64,000 nt of DNA, taken from positions 297,994-361,993 of the forward strand of contig JBFXEV010000001.1 of NCBI GenBank assembly GCA_050179755.1, in the 5' to 3' direction. Positions 40,582-50,137 of this stretch are shown here, in pieces. Within the stretch, counting starts at the first letter, position 1. Each line of letters starts with the position of its first letter. The translations under genes and the position numbers were made by a program. The DNA is from Candidatus Babeliales bacterium. Lineage in GTDB: Bacteria; Babelota; Babeliae; Babelales; JBFXEV01. Below the pieces are notes generated by a model that was not told the origin of the DNA, searched no databases, and was given only the letters and a program-made list of their open reading frames with translations.

Positions 40582-41124
40582 ATGTCAAATCGTCGTGAAT
40601 TTAACGGCCAACGTAACGAACAACGTGAAGCTACGCTGGACGCGTTAACAGTAGGCCAAGTTCTTAAAGGAACAGTAAAGAACATTACTAATTATGGTGC
40701 ATTCATTGATATTGGAGGTATCGACGGCCTTCTTCATATCACTGACATGGCTTGGAAACGTGTTGGTCACCCAAGCGAAATCATTAATGTTGGCGATAAA
40801 ATAGACGTAAAAGTACTTGCTATCGATAAAGGCAAAGAGCGTATTTCTCTTGGTATCAAACAATTGCTAGACAACCCTTGGGAAAAAACTGTTAAAAGTA
40901 TTATTCCAGGTTCAACTATACGCGGCACAATTTCAAACATTACTGATTACGGTATGTTTGTAACTATCGCAAAAGGTGTTGATGGCCTTGTACACATTTC
41001 TGAAGTTTCTTCAAATGGACGTGTTGACAACTTACATCACATGTTCAATGTTGGCCAAGACGTTAGTGTAAAAGTTCTTGGTATCGACAACGATAAACGT
41101 AGAATTTCATTAAGCATGAAATAA
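40582..41124 (+). CDS. Two-domain S1 RNA-binding protein (resembles RpsA domains 3-4)
   Basis: GTVKNITNYGAFIDIGGIDGLLHITDMAWKRV and GTISNITDYGMFV..GVDGLVHISEV. Confidence 0.9.
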   Translation: MSNRREFNGQRNEQREATLDALTVGQVLKGTVKNITNYGAFIDIGGIDGLLHITDMAWKRVGHPSEIINVGDKIDVKVLAIDKGKERISLGIKQLLDNPWEKTVKSIIPGSTIRGTISNITDYGMFVTIAKGVDGLVHISEVSSNGRVDNLHHMFNVGQDVSVKVLGIDNDKRRISLSMK

Positions 41125-41135
41125 GCTTATAGTTT

Positions 41136-41181
41136 AAAAAGCGAGGACTCCAAACAACCAATTGGAGAGTCCTCGCTTTTT
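41136..41181. terminator. Bidirectional hairpin terminator
   Basis: aaaaagcgaggactc...gagtcctcgcttttt. Confidence 0.8.
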
Positions 41182-41212
41182 GTATTTTTTGCTCCTAATA
41201 TAAAGAAGTTGT

Positions 41213-42130
41213 TTAAACTTGATTTGCCAAGAGCACTTTGAGCAATTGAATAAGTTTATTGGTATTTTCATAGCTATTTCTCGCTATGTGTTTGGCGCGT
41301 GCAATGTAGTGTAAACAACTTAATTGCACATCTTTATTAAAAAAAGGATTGTCTAGAAACCCTGCCAGTGCAGTATATTCATCAAATTTATTACACAATA
41401 CATCGGGAGTATAGAGATTAACTAACTGCACTAATGCCGCTGTATAGCTTTTTAGTCCCTGTAGTTCAGCATCAGTAAATGCAACCGAGTCATCCAAGAA
41501 ATGCTGAACGTTCTGGAATGAAGAAGCACACAAATCTTGATTGAACGAAGATGCCATATCTATGCCATAAAAAATATCAGCCGCCTCATCATAAAAATAA
41601 TTGCTTCTACCACGGCCAGCATTACCTACGAAAGTATCTAAAGCAACAAGTGCTGGTAAATTTTTATGACGCGACATATGATATATTATCTCTCTTGTGA
41701 GACCAAGAACTTTTTCTTTTCCATTTTGACGAAGATTTAACCCTTTATATATCTTACCTTGATACAAATCAAAACGAACGCCTGGTACATATGTATGAAG
41801 TGTTGCAGGACTACCAAGATCTTTACCAATATATGTTATAGCCGCTGGAATAAGACTGGCCTGATTCAAGGAAACAGAAATAGAATGCCCTATATCAAGA
41901 GCTACCATCTCACAGACACAGCGTGCTAAGCGAGCAAAATCATCTGCAAATTTAATTTGTTTTATGAGAAACCAAACACCTGAAGTATCTTGAAAAATAG
42001 TAATTTCACAATAGGGATATTCAACATATTTGCAGGATTCTTTTATTGGCTTAATGTCTCTGTAATCAATACCTTGAACCCTACATGCACTTAGAAGCAG
42101 GAAAACATACATTAAAATAATCTGGCTCAT
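41213..42130 (-). CDS. Secreted HipA/PI3-PI4-kinase-like protein, probable pseudokinase
   Basis: FLIKQ (beta3 Lys), CEMVA (helix C Glu), LDTFVGNAGRGRSN, YGIDMA; signal peptide. Confidence 0.6.
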   Translation of the reverse strand: MSQIILMYVFLLLSACRVQGIDYRDIKPIKESCKYVEYPYCEITIFQDTSGVWFLIKQIKFADDFARLARCVCEMVALDIGHSISVSLNQASLIPAAITYIGKDLGSPATLHTYVPGVRFDLYQGKIYKGLNLRQNGKEKVLGLTREIIYHMSRHKNLPALVALDTFVGNAGRGRSNYFYDEAADIFYGIDMASSFNQDLCASSFQNVQHFLDDSVAFTDAELQGLKSYTAALVQLVNLYTPDVLCNKFDEYTALAGFLDNPFFNKDVQLSCLHYIARAKHIARNSYENTNKLIQLLKVLLANQV

Positions 42131-43083
42131 GATAAAAAGCCTTTTCTTGTCAACAAGCTCTTAAGAAGCCTATCAAGCTCAATTGCATGCTCATAATTTG
42201 CCAACATTATTTGGTTGCACCATGCAAAAAATTTAAAGCAATTTTTCATAGTTTCTTGATCAAAGAATGTTGTATCATAAAAGCCAGACAATCTAATATA
42301 CATTTCAAATTTATCCCATATTGCTCTAGGGGGATAAAGAGTAACCAATCTATGTAACGTTTCATAATATAACAATAATCCTTGAAACTCTTGTTCCGAA
42401 AAATCGACTTGTTCATTAAAAAAAAGAGTATACATATTTTCTGTAGAAAGCGCACATAATTTTCTGTTGAAGGCATCTGCCATATCAATACCTATAAAAG
42501 AATCAGTTGCTAGATCGTAAAAATAATTCCATCTACCCCGATCTCCATTCCCAACAAAAGTATCTAAGGCAACTAGAACAGGCAAATCATTATGGCGAGA
42601 CATGTGATAAATAATTTCTCTGGTTAATCCCGTTATCTTATTTTGAGCATTTCTTTGTCTAATATGTAATCCTTTATACTGCGTTCCTTGATATTTATCA
42701 AAACGAACACCTCGTGCATATGTGTGAAGTGTTGCAGGAAGATCAATAAGTTTACCTATAAATGGCACACCGGCAGGAATAAGCGCTGCATAATTGAGTG
42801 GTGCTTCAATAGAATGCCCTATATCAAGAGCTACCATCTCACAAACCAATTGCGCTGGATCAAATACATTACTATCCCTTAAAAGCTTTATTTGCTTTAC
42901 AACATACTTATTGCCAAATGGATCAATCAGAAATGTAATAGAAGAATGCAGACAATCCATATGACCATAAGATTCTATTTCTGTTACCAAATCTTGGTAA
43001 TTAATATTTTCACCGCCTCTTTGCGGAGTCAACATTAATGGTAAATAGAACGCAAGTCGCTTAGTAATATATAATCCAGACAC
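42127..43083 (-). CDS. HipA/PI3-PI4-kinase-like protein
   Basis: KYVVKQ, CEMVA, LDTFVGNGDRGRWN, IGIDMA; paralogue of the neighbouring gene. Confidence 0.65.
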   Translation of the reverse strand: MSGLYITKRLAFYLPLMLTPQRGGENINYQDLVTEIESYGHMDCLHSSITFLIDPFGNKYVVKQIKLLRDSNVFDPAQLVCEMVALDIGHSIEAPLNYAALIPAGVPFIGKLIDLPATLHTYARGVRFDKYQGTQYKGLHIRQRNAQNKITGLTREIIYHMSRHNDLPVLVALDTFVGNGDRGRWNYFYDLATDSFIGIDMADAFNRKLCALSTENMYTLFFNEQVDFSEQEFQGLLLYYETLHRLVTLYPPRAIWDKFEMYIRLSGFYDTTFFDQETMKNCFKFFAWCNQIMLANYEHAIELDRLLKSLLTRKGFLS

Positions 43084-43115
43084 AGATCGCGTTTTTCATT
43101 CTTAGTCATTCTTTT

Positions 43116-44060
43116 TTATTTTAGCGAGACTCTCAACTTTTTATGTCCTTTTTTCATTGGCTTCTTCCAAAGACCTGAAAAATGATGAATAGCCATAGTC
43201 TCTTGTTGCACCCACTTATATGGTCCATCATTCTTTTTACCCCATGCATAAAAGTAATTTTGTGGGAAAATTACATTAACGCCATCACAACTGGTTAACA
43301 ATTTTTTTACGGTATCACCAAAGTAAAAAACGCCGTTCCTATGAAATTGGTCTTTTTCATGAACATAGTCTTTCATAGTATCAATAAGCGCCTTCAGAAT
43401 GGGATGGCCCGGACGCGAGCCTATCAATGCATTACAACAGGTTAATTTATCACCTTTTTCATGGCCAGAAATCCATTTCAGTTCATGAATACCGGTATAG
43501 AAATCGCACCAATGATGCAACAAATCAAAAGGCTTAAGACATTCAAAATCTACATCAACATATAATCCACCAAATCGATATAAAATTTCATAACGCCAAA
43601 TATTTGCTTTCTCGCCATAATTAACTGCATTCTTAAAAGATTCCTTATTAATCAAATCAAATGCCTCGAGATCTGCTTCAGTCCAAACTTTAAAATCCCA
43701 ATCGGGGTGCAAATCAATCCATGTTTTTTGCAATTTTTTCAATTCTTCAGGCGGACGGCTACCCAACCAAATTTGATGAATCACTTTTGGAATAGTAACT
43801 GTTTCATTATATAGTATGGGCTTCTTATTTTTGGCTATACGAGCAACATGTTTGGTATAATTTTCCTTTAACATTTGCATATCAGCAGAAGTATATGAAT
43901 TATTATTCAGTAATTCAAAATAATAATCTTCAAATGTAGTAAACATTGCCTTATCAAAATCTTCCAAATAGTATAAATCTAAATTTATACAAGAAGTATT
44001 ACAAAAAACTATTAATAGTATGCTCGCACAATATAACTTTTTCATTATCAATACCTCCAC
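43116..44060 (-). CDS. GT32 (Och1/Gly_transf_sug) glycosyltransferase with signal peptide
   Basis: IPKVIHQIWLG, RYEILYRFGGLYVDVDFECLKP, AIHHFSGLW. Confidence 0.9.
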   Translation of the reverse strand: MEVLIMKKLYCASILLIVFCNTSCINLDLYYLEDFDKAMFTTFEDYYFELLNNNSYTSADMQMLKENYTKHVARIAKNKKPILYNETVTIPKVIHQIWLGSRPPEELKKLQKTWIDLHPDWDFKVWTEADLEAFDLINKESFKNAVNYGEKANIWRYEILYRFGGLYVDVDFECLKPFDLLHHWCDFYTGIHELKWISGHEKGDKLTCCNALIGSRPGHPILKALIDTMKDYVHEKDQFHRNGVFYFGDTVKKLLTSCDGVNVIFPQNYFYAWGKKNDGPYKWVQQETMAIHHFSGLWKKPMKKGHKKLRVSLK

Positions 44061-44065
44061 TAAAA

Positions 44066-44469
44066 CTATTTCTTGTTTATAAATTCATAGAGTATTTCTA
44101 TCAATCTCTCATTTTTTTTATTATTAAACAACTTAACAACTTTATCTCTGCCTTCATGTCCCATAACAATCCACAGCTCAGGATGCTCCACCATGTAACG
44201 CATTTTCTTACTTAATTGTGTTGTATCTTTTTCATTGACCAAAAAACCAGTAATGCCATCAACTACTAATGTCGGAATTCCCCTATGATGCGCGCTGATA
44301 ATGGGCAATGCTGTAGCCATTGCCTCCGTCATAGAAATAGAAAAATAACTCACAACTAATAAGATATTCAACGGTTATCGATGCTAGCTGAATATGTTTT
44401 TACTGAAATAAACAATGAACTCACCATACATAAATACAGTACAAACCAACTTGCAACTTTTTTTATCAT
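44066..44469 (-). pseudogene. GT4 (WcaL-like) pseudogene, frameshifted with a large internal deletion
   Basis: Signal-like MIKKVASWFVLYLCMVSSLF from ATG 44469 in one frame, then LNILLVVSYF fused directly to SMTEAMATALPIIS; paralogue 62164-63381 has ~260 residues between these motifs. Confidence 0.8.
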
Positions 44470-44707
44470 GTTCATTCATCGCTCCTTGTAACAAAGAATC
44501 TCCCTACGTTCAAGATATAAAAAAAAAGCATATAATTGCAACATTATACAATCCGTAACAACAATTTTTCAAAAAACACAGAATCTTAATTGCTTAACAA
44601 TGTCAAATCAACATTGTAATTAAAAAAAAGTGGTATGGTTGACATCTCTAATTGTACCCAGCTAAGCTATTTTTAAATAGTAGGTTCAAAAAATGAATGG
44701 ATAATCA

Positions 44708-45577
44708 ATGAATATAAAATATATATATTTCATAACCATGCTGTCCTTGCTCCTTGGCAATCATGAAATGAAGTCAAAAATAGCCAGTGAGGTGCTCACA
44801 ACGTTGGCAAGTGTCATTAATGATGTCATTGAAAAAAATTTTACTGATGAAGAACAAGCTAAAATTAATAATATAACTAAATTGCGAAATGAATTAGAAA
44901 AAGATGAAACAGTAACAGGCTTATTTAGCATGTCTCACATGGTTCGTATTATTAGTATGCCTCACGATCCATGGGGCCTATTACTCGTAAAACTTGCACG
45001 TACGTTTCAGCCTAAAACATCGTTAGAGCTGGGTACTTGTCTTGGTATTTCATGTGCTTATTTGGCCGCCGGCCTAAATGAGGGACAACTTATAACAATG
45101 GAAAGTTTTCAACCATTAGTTCCTTTAGCAACAAGCAACTTTGAAGCTCTAAACATTAATAATATTTCTTTACTCTGTGGCGATGTACCCGATCTGCTCA
45201 AACAAGAATTGCCATTGTTGCCTTCTATAGACTTTGTTTTTGATGATCATTTACATGCTGAAAAGTATGTAATGGAATATCTAAATATTATTAAACCTTA
45301 CCTTTCAGATCAAGCTGTGTATTTATTTGATGATATTCATCGCAATGCAAGTATGGAATCGGCGTGGGAAAAGATTAAAAAAGATGAAGCAGTAAAAATC
45401 ACCATCACTCTTGCAAAAGGAATTTGCTATTGGGACTTCAAACACCCAGTGCCACGCGTTGGAATTTGTATTGTTGATAAAGATATAACTGAAAAAATCC
45501 ACTGTGATATTAACTTAGATGGTTGCAAAAGCGTAAAAGTGGAAAATAATCGTTTAATTGAACAAAGAGATACATAA
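44708..45577 (+). CDS. Class I SAM methyltransferase (Methyltransf_24-like) with signal peptide
   Basis: LELGTCLGIS, IDFVFDD.LH, LFDDIH...MESAW. Confidence 0.85.
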   Translation: MNIKYIYFITMLSLLLGNHEMKSKIASEVLTTLASVINDVIEKNFTDEEQAKINNITKLRNELEKDETVTGLFSMSHMVRIISMPHDPWGLLLVKLARTFQPKTSLELGTCLGISCAYLAAGLNEGQLITMESFQPLVPLATSNFEALNINNISLLCGDVPDLLKQELPLLPSIDFVFDDHLHAEKYVMEYLNIIKPYLSDQAVYLFDDIHRNASMESAWEKIKKDEAVKITITLAKGICYWDFKHPVPRVGICIVDKDITEKIHCDINLDGCKSVKVENNRLIEQRDT

Positions 45578-45649
45578 ATTACTCGATTTTGATCGAAATT
45601 AAAAAATCTCTTTTTCCATAATACATTCTTGAAAAATATCAATCAATCA

Positions 45650-45893
45650 TGCAGTCATTGATATTGGAGGTATCGCAGGTTCAACTATACGCGGCACAAT
45701 TTCAAACATTACTGATTACGGTATGTTTGTAACTATCGCAAAAGGTGTTGATGGCCTTGTACACATTTCTGAAGTTTCTTCAAATGGACGTGTTGACAAC
45801 TTACATCACTTGTTCAATGTTGGCCAAGACGTTAGTGTAAAAGTTCTTGGTATCTACAACGATAAGCGTAGAATTTCATTAAGCATGAAATAG
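45650..45893 (+). pseudogene. Internally deleted duplicate of the S1-domain gene
   Basis: 45655-45675 matches 40703-40723; 45676-45893 matches 40907-41124 with 4 mismatches by my count; no in-frame start upstream. Confidence 0.92.
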
Positions 45894-45912
45894 GCTAAGC
45901 TTATAAAAATAT

Positions 45913-45944
45913 AAAAATGGGATCAAATGCTTGATCCCGTTTTT
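45913..45944. terminator. Hairpin terminator
   Basis: aaaaatgggatcaa...ttgatcccgttttt. Confidence 0.65.
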
Positions 45945-46019
45945 ATTGCTACCATAGCAATTCCAAATTTTTACTCATATGCTTTCAATACGTAAATAAA
46001 AAATCCACTCAACAATAAA

Positions 46020-46946
46020 TCAGCGCCGCCGCCGTTTAAACCGTTTAGGAGGTTTTATCCAAAAAGCTGTATAGTAATGCACAGCCAACGTTTCGGGCTG
46101 CACATATGCCTTGCCGGGTTGAATAGTAAAGCCATAACTTGCAGCCATGGGCCCACTTGGATAAAAAAAATTTGAAGGGAAAATCATATCAAGCGAATCT
46201 GATTCAAGAGGCAAAATATCTTCGATTATCGATGTAAAAAAATCAGGACCAGTTCTATTAGCAACGCCTCTTTTATTAACAAAATGTTTCAACGAATTAA
46301 CAGCATGAGCAAGAATAGGATGCCCTGGACGAGCAGCAATTATGCCATTATTAATGCGCAATCTATTCTTAAATAATAACGGTACTGCATGTATACCAAC
46401 ATAAAAATCACATACTTGATTTAACCAATCGAGCGGTTTAAGACTTTCAAAATCAATGTCTACATACACTCCACCAAAATGATAGAGTATTTCATACCTT
46501 AAAATATCAGCTTTTTCACCCCAATTTACGGCTTTATCAAAATACTTTTTATTTTCAAACACAAAACCCTCAACATCATCATTAGTCCAAAGTTTATACT
46601 CCCAATCTGGATGCATAGTAAGCCAAGACTCCTGCCATGCGCGCGTTTTTTCTGGCAATGGGCGCGGACCTATCCATATTTGATGAATAATTTTAGGAAT
46701 AATATACTCATCAGTATATCGTTCGCGTGCCTTATCCAAAAATTGATAATATTGATCAACAATTTGATTAAGAAGTGCCTTATGTGGTGTTTTTTCAAGG
46801 AATTTATTATATGCTTTCAGATCATCTGGATGACTTATCATTGCTTGACTAAAACTTTCAGGAATATAAATCTCCTGAACTACAGCCACCACATAAAAAC
46901 TTGTAATCAATACAAGCAATATAGATATAAAATATATATTTTTCAT
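46020..46946 (-). CDS. GT32 glycosyltransferase with signal peptide and basic tail
   Basis: IPKIIHQIWIG, ADILRYEILYHFGGVYVDIDFE; start MKNIYF at 46946; ends KPPKRFKRRRR. Confidence 0.9.
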   Translation of the reverse strand: MKNIYFISILLVLITSFYVVAVVQEIYIPESFSQAMISHPDDLKAYNKFLEKTPHKALLNQIVDQYYQFLDKARERYTDEYIIPKIIHQIWIGPRPLPEKTRAWQESWLTMHPDWEYKLWTNDDVEGFVFENKKYFDKAVNWGEKADILRYEILYHFGGVYVDIDFESLKPLDWLNQVCDFYVGIHAVPLLFKNRLRINNGIIAARPGHPILAHAVNSLKHFVNKRGVANRTGPDFFTSIIEDILPLESDSLDMIFPSNFFYPSGPMAASYGFTIQPGKAYVQPETLAVHYYTAFWIKPPKRFKRRRR

Positions 46947-47962
46947 TATCTTACCTTTTGTTGAATTCTTGCCATCCATGCGCATGCTTTTTGACCAAAC
47001 GCACGCACTGGATCTAAATCTAAGGGAGTTCCAAAAGGAACGTTGCCCGTTGCAATGATATCAAGGCATTCTTTTGCAGAAGAAACACAGGTGCCAAAAC
47101 CATAGGTTTCTTGAAAAGAATTGAGCTTATAGTCACCCGGAATCATAATACAAGGAATTCCAAGTCCGTAGGCAATAATTGCGCCATGCAAACGGGAAGT
47201 AATAACTAACGAGCTTTTACAATAATATTCATTAATATAATCTTCTAATCCAAAATTTTTAGCCTGAATATTATTTATGACTTTAAGCTCTTTAATATGT
47301 TGCGATAACATGCTTATAATCTTCTCTGTTTGTTCTTTACCAAGCGAAACACTATGAGAATCATATAATATTAAACCTTCTGCATTCATGTTCCGCTTAA
47401 ATTTTTGTAAGTATATAACGGTTGGACAAAGGGAAATATCTGCATATGATAATTGATAATACTGTGCTGTTAGAAGATCACGAAGATTAACTAAATCGCA
47501 TTTTTTTGCAACAGCTTGCACAATTTCTTTGCTAACGCCTGCTGCAAATTCGCCATGCTTATATGGTAAACAAATACCCAATCCCCACATAATCATAGGA
47601 AGCGTACAATTATCACGTAACTTAATCCAAAAAGGCTCAAAGCAAGAATTCAATAAACCTGCTCCTCCAATAATAGCTCCTTTATAGTGCGTATTAATAA
47701 AATCAAAATCAATATCTTTATCATGCATACACCAAACATCAGTTGAAATGCCAAGCATTTCTTGTATGCCTAAAATCGGCAAAAAATTCCCTATGTTATC
47801 AGAAGAGGAATAAAATTGAATAATAGGAGACTGAGGTTTTCTGAGCTCTTTTTGTACTTTTGACAGATCATGAAATTTACAGCGTCGATCAATCGCACCA
47901 TATACACCATGCGCCACTAACCCAAAACATAGTAATACCCCATATTTTAAATAATTAACCAT
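46946..47962 (-). CDS. Polysaccharide pyruvyl transferase family protein with signal peptide
   Basis: NIGN, IIGGAGL, LRD..T, ITSRLHGAIIA..GIP. Confidence 0.8.
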   Translation of the reverse strand: MVNYLKYGVLLCFGLVAHGVYGAIDRRCKFHDLSKVQKELRKPQSPIIQFYSSSDNIGNFLPILGIQEMLGISTDVWCMHDKDIDFDFINTHYKGAIIGGAGLLNSCFEPFWIKLRDNCTLPMIMWGLGICLPYKHGEFAAGVSKEIVQAVAKKCDLVNLRDLLTAQYYQLSYADISLCPTVIYLQKFKRNMNAEGLILYDSHSVSLGKEQTEKIISMLSQHIKELKVINNIQAKNFGLEDYINEYYCKSSLVITSRLHGAIIAYGLGIPCIMIPGDYKLNSFQETYGFGTCVSSAKECLDIIATGNVPFGTPLDLDPVRAFGQKACAWMARIQQKVR

Positions 47963-48225
47963 ACATTCCTCTTTTCGCTAATAATTATATACATAAACAT
48001 CGCAGTATATGCCAGAAATTATTTTTTCTATAAATACCATTCCTTTAAAGCTCGTCACGAACATAACTACTTAATACATAGCATAGGGAGCCTTTCCAAA
48101 GCAACAGTCGCTCAATCAAATATAAATAAAAATTTTTCTACAGATTTAAAACTTGACATGCCCAGTGCATATAAAATAGGCTATTAAAGAACAATTAAAA
48201 AAAGTATCTTGAGGTAGGAATACAA

Positions 48226-49122
48226 ATGAAGCAAATTTTACACGCCAGCCCTATTCTTCTAGTTTTTATAACAATCTTATCTTTGCATGCAACAACAGAA
48301 CAAAAAGCTCTAATTGCTTTACAACCTAGTCAGGATCATATAGAAAACTACACTCGAATGCAAAAGTCTCCATTTTTCACCATATGTATTTATGCATACA
48401 ATACCGAAAATTGGATTAAAAAAAACTTAGATTCTGTTTTTAGTCAACATTATAAAAATTATCGTATACTCTACATTGATGACGCTTCTTATGACGCAAC
48501 TACAAATACAGTACAAAAATATATATCAACAACATCAGCACAACATATTAAAATAATTACAAATACAGAACATCAAGGCGAACTTAAAACACTCTATTCC
48601 ATTATTAATAATTGCGCTGATGATGAAATTATTATCTTGCTCAATGGTAATGATTGGCTTGCACATAACAAAGTATTAACTGAACTAGGTGCAGCATATA
48701 ATTCAAATGACATTTGGCTCACCTATGGCACATGCACCTCTGCACCTAAAGGCTGCAATATTAGTATTCGAAATGGATCAATACCTCAACACATATTGGA
48801 ACATCGTCTCTATAGAGACATATTCCCTTATATGCCAGTACGCAGCTTCTATGCATGGCTTTTTAAATTAATAAAAAAAGATGATCTGATTGACGCTTCA
48901 ACGGGAGATTTTTTTGAGCATGCAGCCGAATGTTATATTATGTGGCCACTGCTAGAGATGGCGCATAACCATTTTAAAGCAATTTCATCCACTACTTATG
49001 TAATAAACAGCCATGATCCTATCGCACAATTGGAAAAGGATTATCATTTACGCATGGCAATAAACAGCCAAATGGATAAAAATATTCCTATCTATCCTCT
49101 TGCAATAAAACCAAATTGCTAA
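48226..49122 (+). CDS. GT2 glycosyltransferase homologue (DxD degenerate) with signal peptide
   Basis: AYN..WI.KNLDSVFSQ.Y.NY, IDDAS.D, LNGNDWL in place of LDGDDW. Confidence 0.8.
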   Translation: MKQILHASPILLVFITILSLHATTEQKALIALQPSQDHIENYTRMQKSPFFTICIYAYNTENWIKKNLDSVFSQHYKNYRILYIDDASYDATTNTVQKYISTTSAQHIKIITNTEHQGELKTLYSIINNCADDEIIILLNGNDWLAHNKVLTELGAAYNSNDIWLTYGTCTSAPKGCNISIRNGSIPQHILEHRLYRDIFPYMPVRSFYAWLFKLIKKDDLIDASTGDFFEHAAECYIMWPLLEMAHNHFKAISSTTYVINSHDPIAQLEKDYHLRMAINSQMDKNIPIYPLAIKPNC

Positions 49123-49135
49123 AATAATTACTACC

Positions 49136-50137
49136 ATGAAAAGAACAAATCTATATATACTCATTATCTTATTGAGCTCCTATTATACACAGGCCAAAAT
49201 ATTAATCTTTACATTTGCTTATAACAGACCTGATTTTATTGAAATTCAATACCAAACATTTAGCAAATTTTTAAGCGAAGAGTTTGAATTAATTGTATTT
49301 AATGATGCTACTGAACAAACTGCCAAAAAAGGTATCGAACAGATATGCACCGCCTTAAATCTTATATGCGTTACGATTCCTCAAAAAATACATGCGCGGC
49401 CCTATCTTAATCGACCGGACAAAAGCAAGCCACATGCAGCAATAAGAAACTGCAATGTAGTGCAATATGCCATGGATATTATAGGGTTTGATCACAATGA
49501 TATTCTTATGCTAGTTGATTCTGATTTATTCTTAATACGAGAATTTGATATAAGAAATTTTATACAAAACCACCACGCAGCAGCATTTATGCGGCCTTGC
49601 TCAGATGTGCCTGAAAAATACCATAATTGCACTACGTTACACCCTCATGTTTCCGGCATTTCATATTTTTGGATAGGACTTGTTATTCTCAATATGAATT
49701 CGTTACCTCATAAATATGCATTAAATTTTAATAGAGGCACTGTACAAACAGTTTTTGGCCCCTCATTTGTGGATGCTGGCGGATATAGTTACTATAGCAA
49801 AACATGTATACCAAATTTTAAAGCAAAACCTATTATTCGCACCTGTTTTCAAGATATCATCTGTACATCGTGTAAAGAAAAAAATAGTGCTATCTGTACG
49901 CATTCTACGGCTACTTTACAACACCTTGGCGTGCCAAATGATTTAATTAAACTATTACAACAGATACCGCTTGATCCACGTAAAGAACAAGCCGATCGTG
50001 GCATAGAACTTTTTAACGCAGGTACCTTTTTACATTATAGATCAGGGTCGAACTGGAACAAGGCATCTCGTGCTTTTATTGCCAATAAAGATAAGGCGTT
50101 TAATAACTTGATTAAGACTATCTTGGAGCAAGAATGA
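49136..50137 (+). CDS. GT-A-fold putative glycosyltransferase with signal peptide
   Basis: AYNRPDFI, IVFND, LVDSDLF (DxD), D.GG, FLHYRSGSNW. Confidence 0.6.
   Translation: MKRTNLYILIILLSSYYTQAKILIFTFAYNRPDFIEIQYQTFSKFLSEEFELIVFNDATEQTAKKGIEQICTALNLICVTIPQKIHARPYLNRPDKSKPHAAIRNCNVVQYAMDIIGFDHNDILMLVDSDLFLIREFDIRNFIQNHHAAAFMRPCSDVPEKYHNCTTLHPHVSGISYFWIGLVILNMNSLPHKYALNFNRGTVQTVFGPSFVDAGGYSYYSKTCIPNFKAKPIIRTCFQDIICTSCKEKNSAICTHSTATLQHLGVPNDLIKLLQQIPLDPRKEQADRGIELFNAGTFLHYRSGSNWNKASRAFIANKDKAFNNLIKTILEQE

Noticed and set aside
44066..44371. 101 aa ORF as an intact small protein
   Set aside because: It is a fusion of N- and C-terminal GT4 motifs produced by deletion, so treated as a pseudogene
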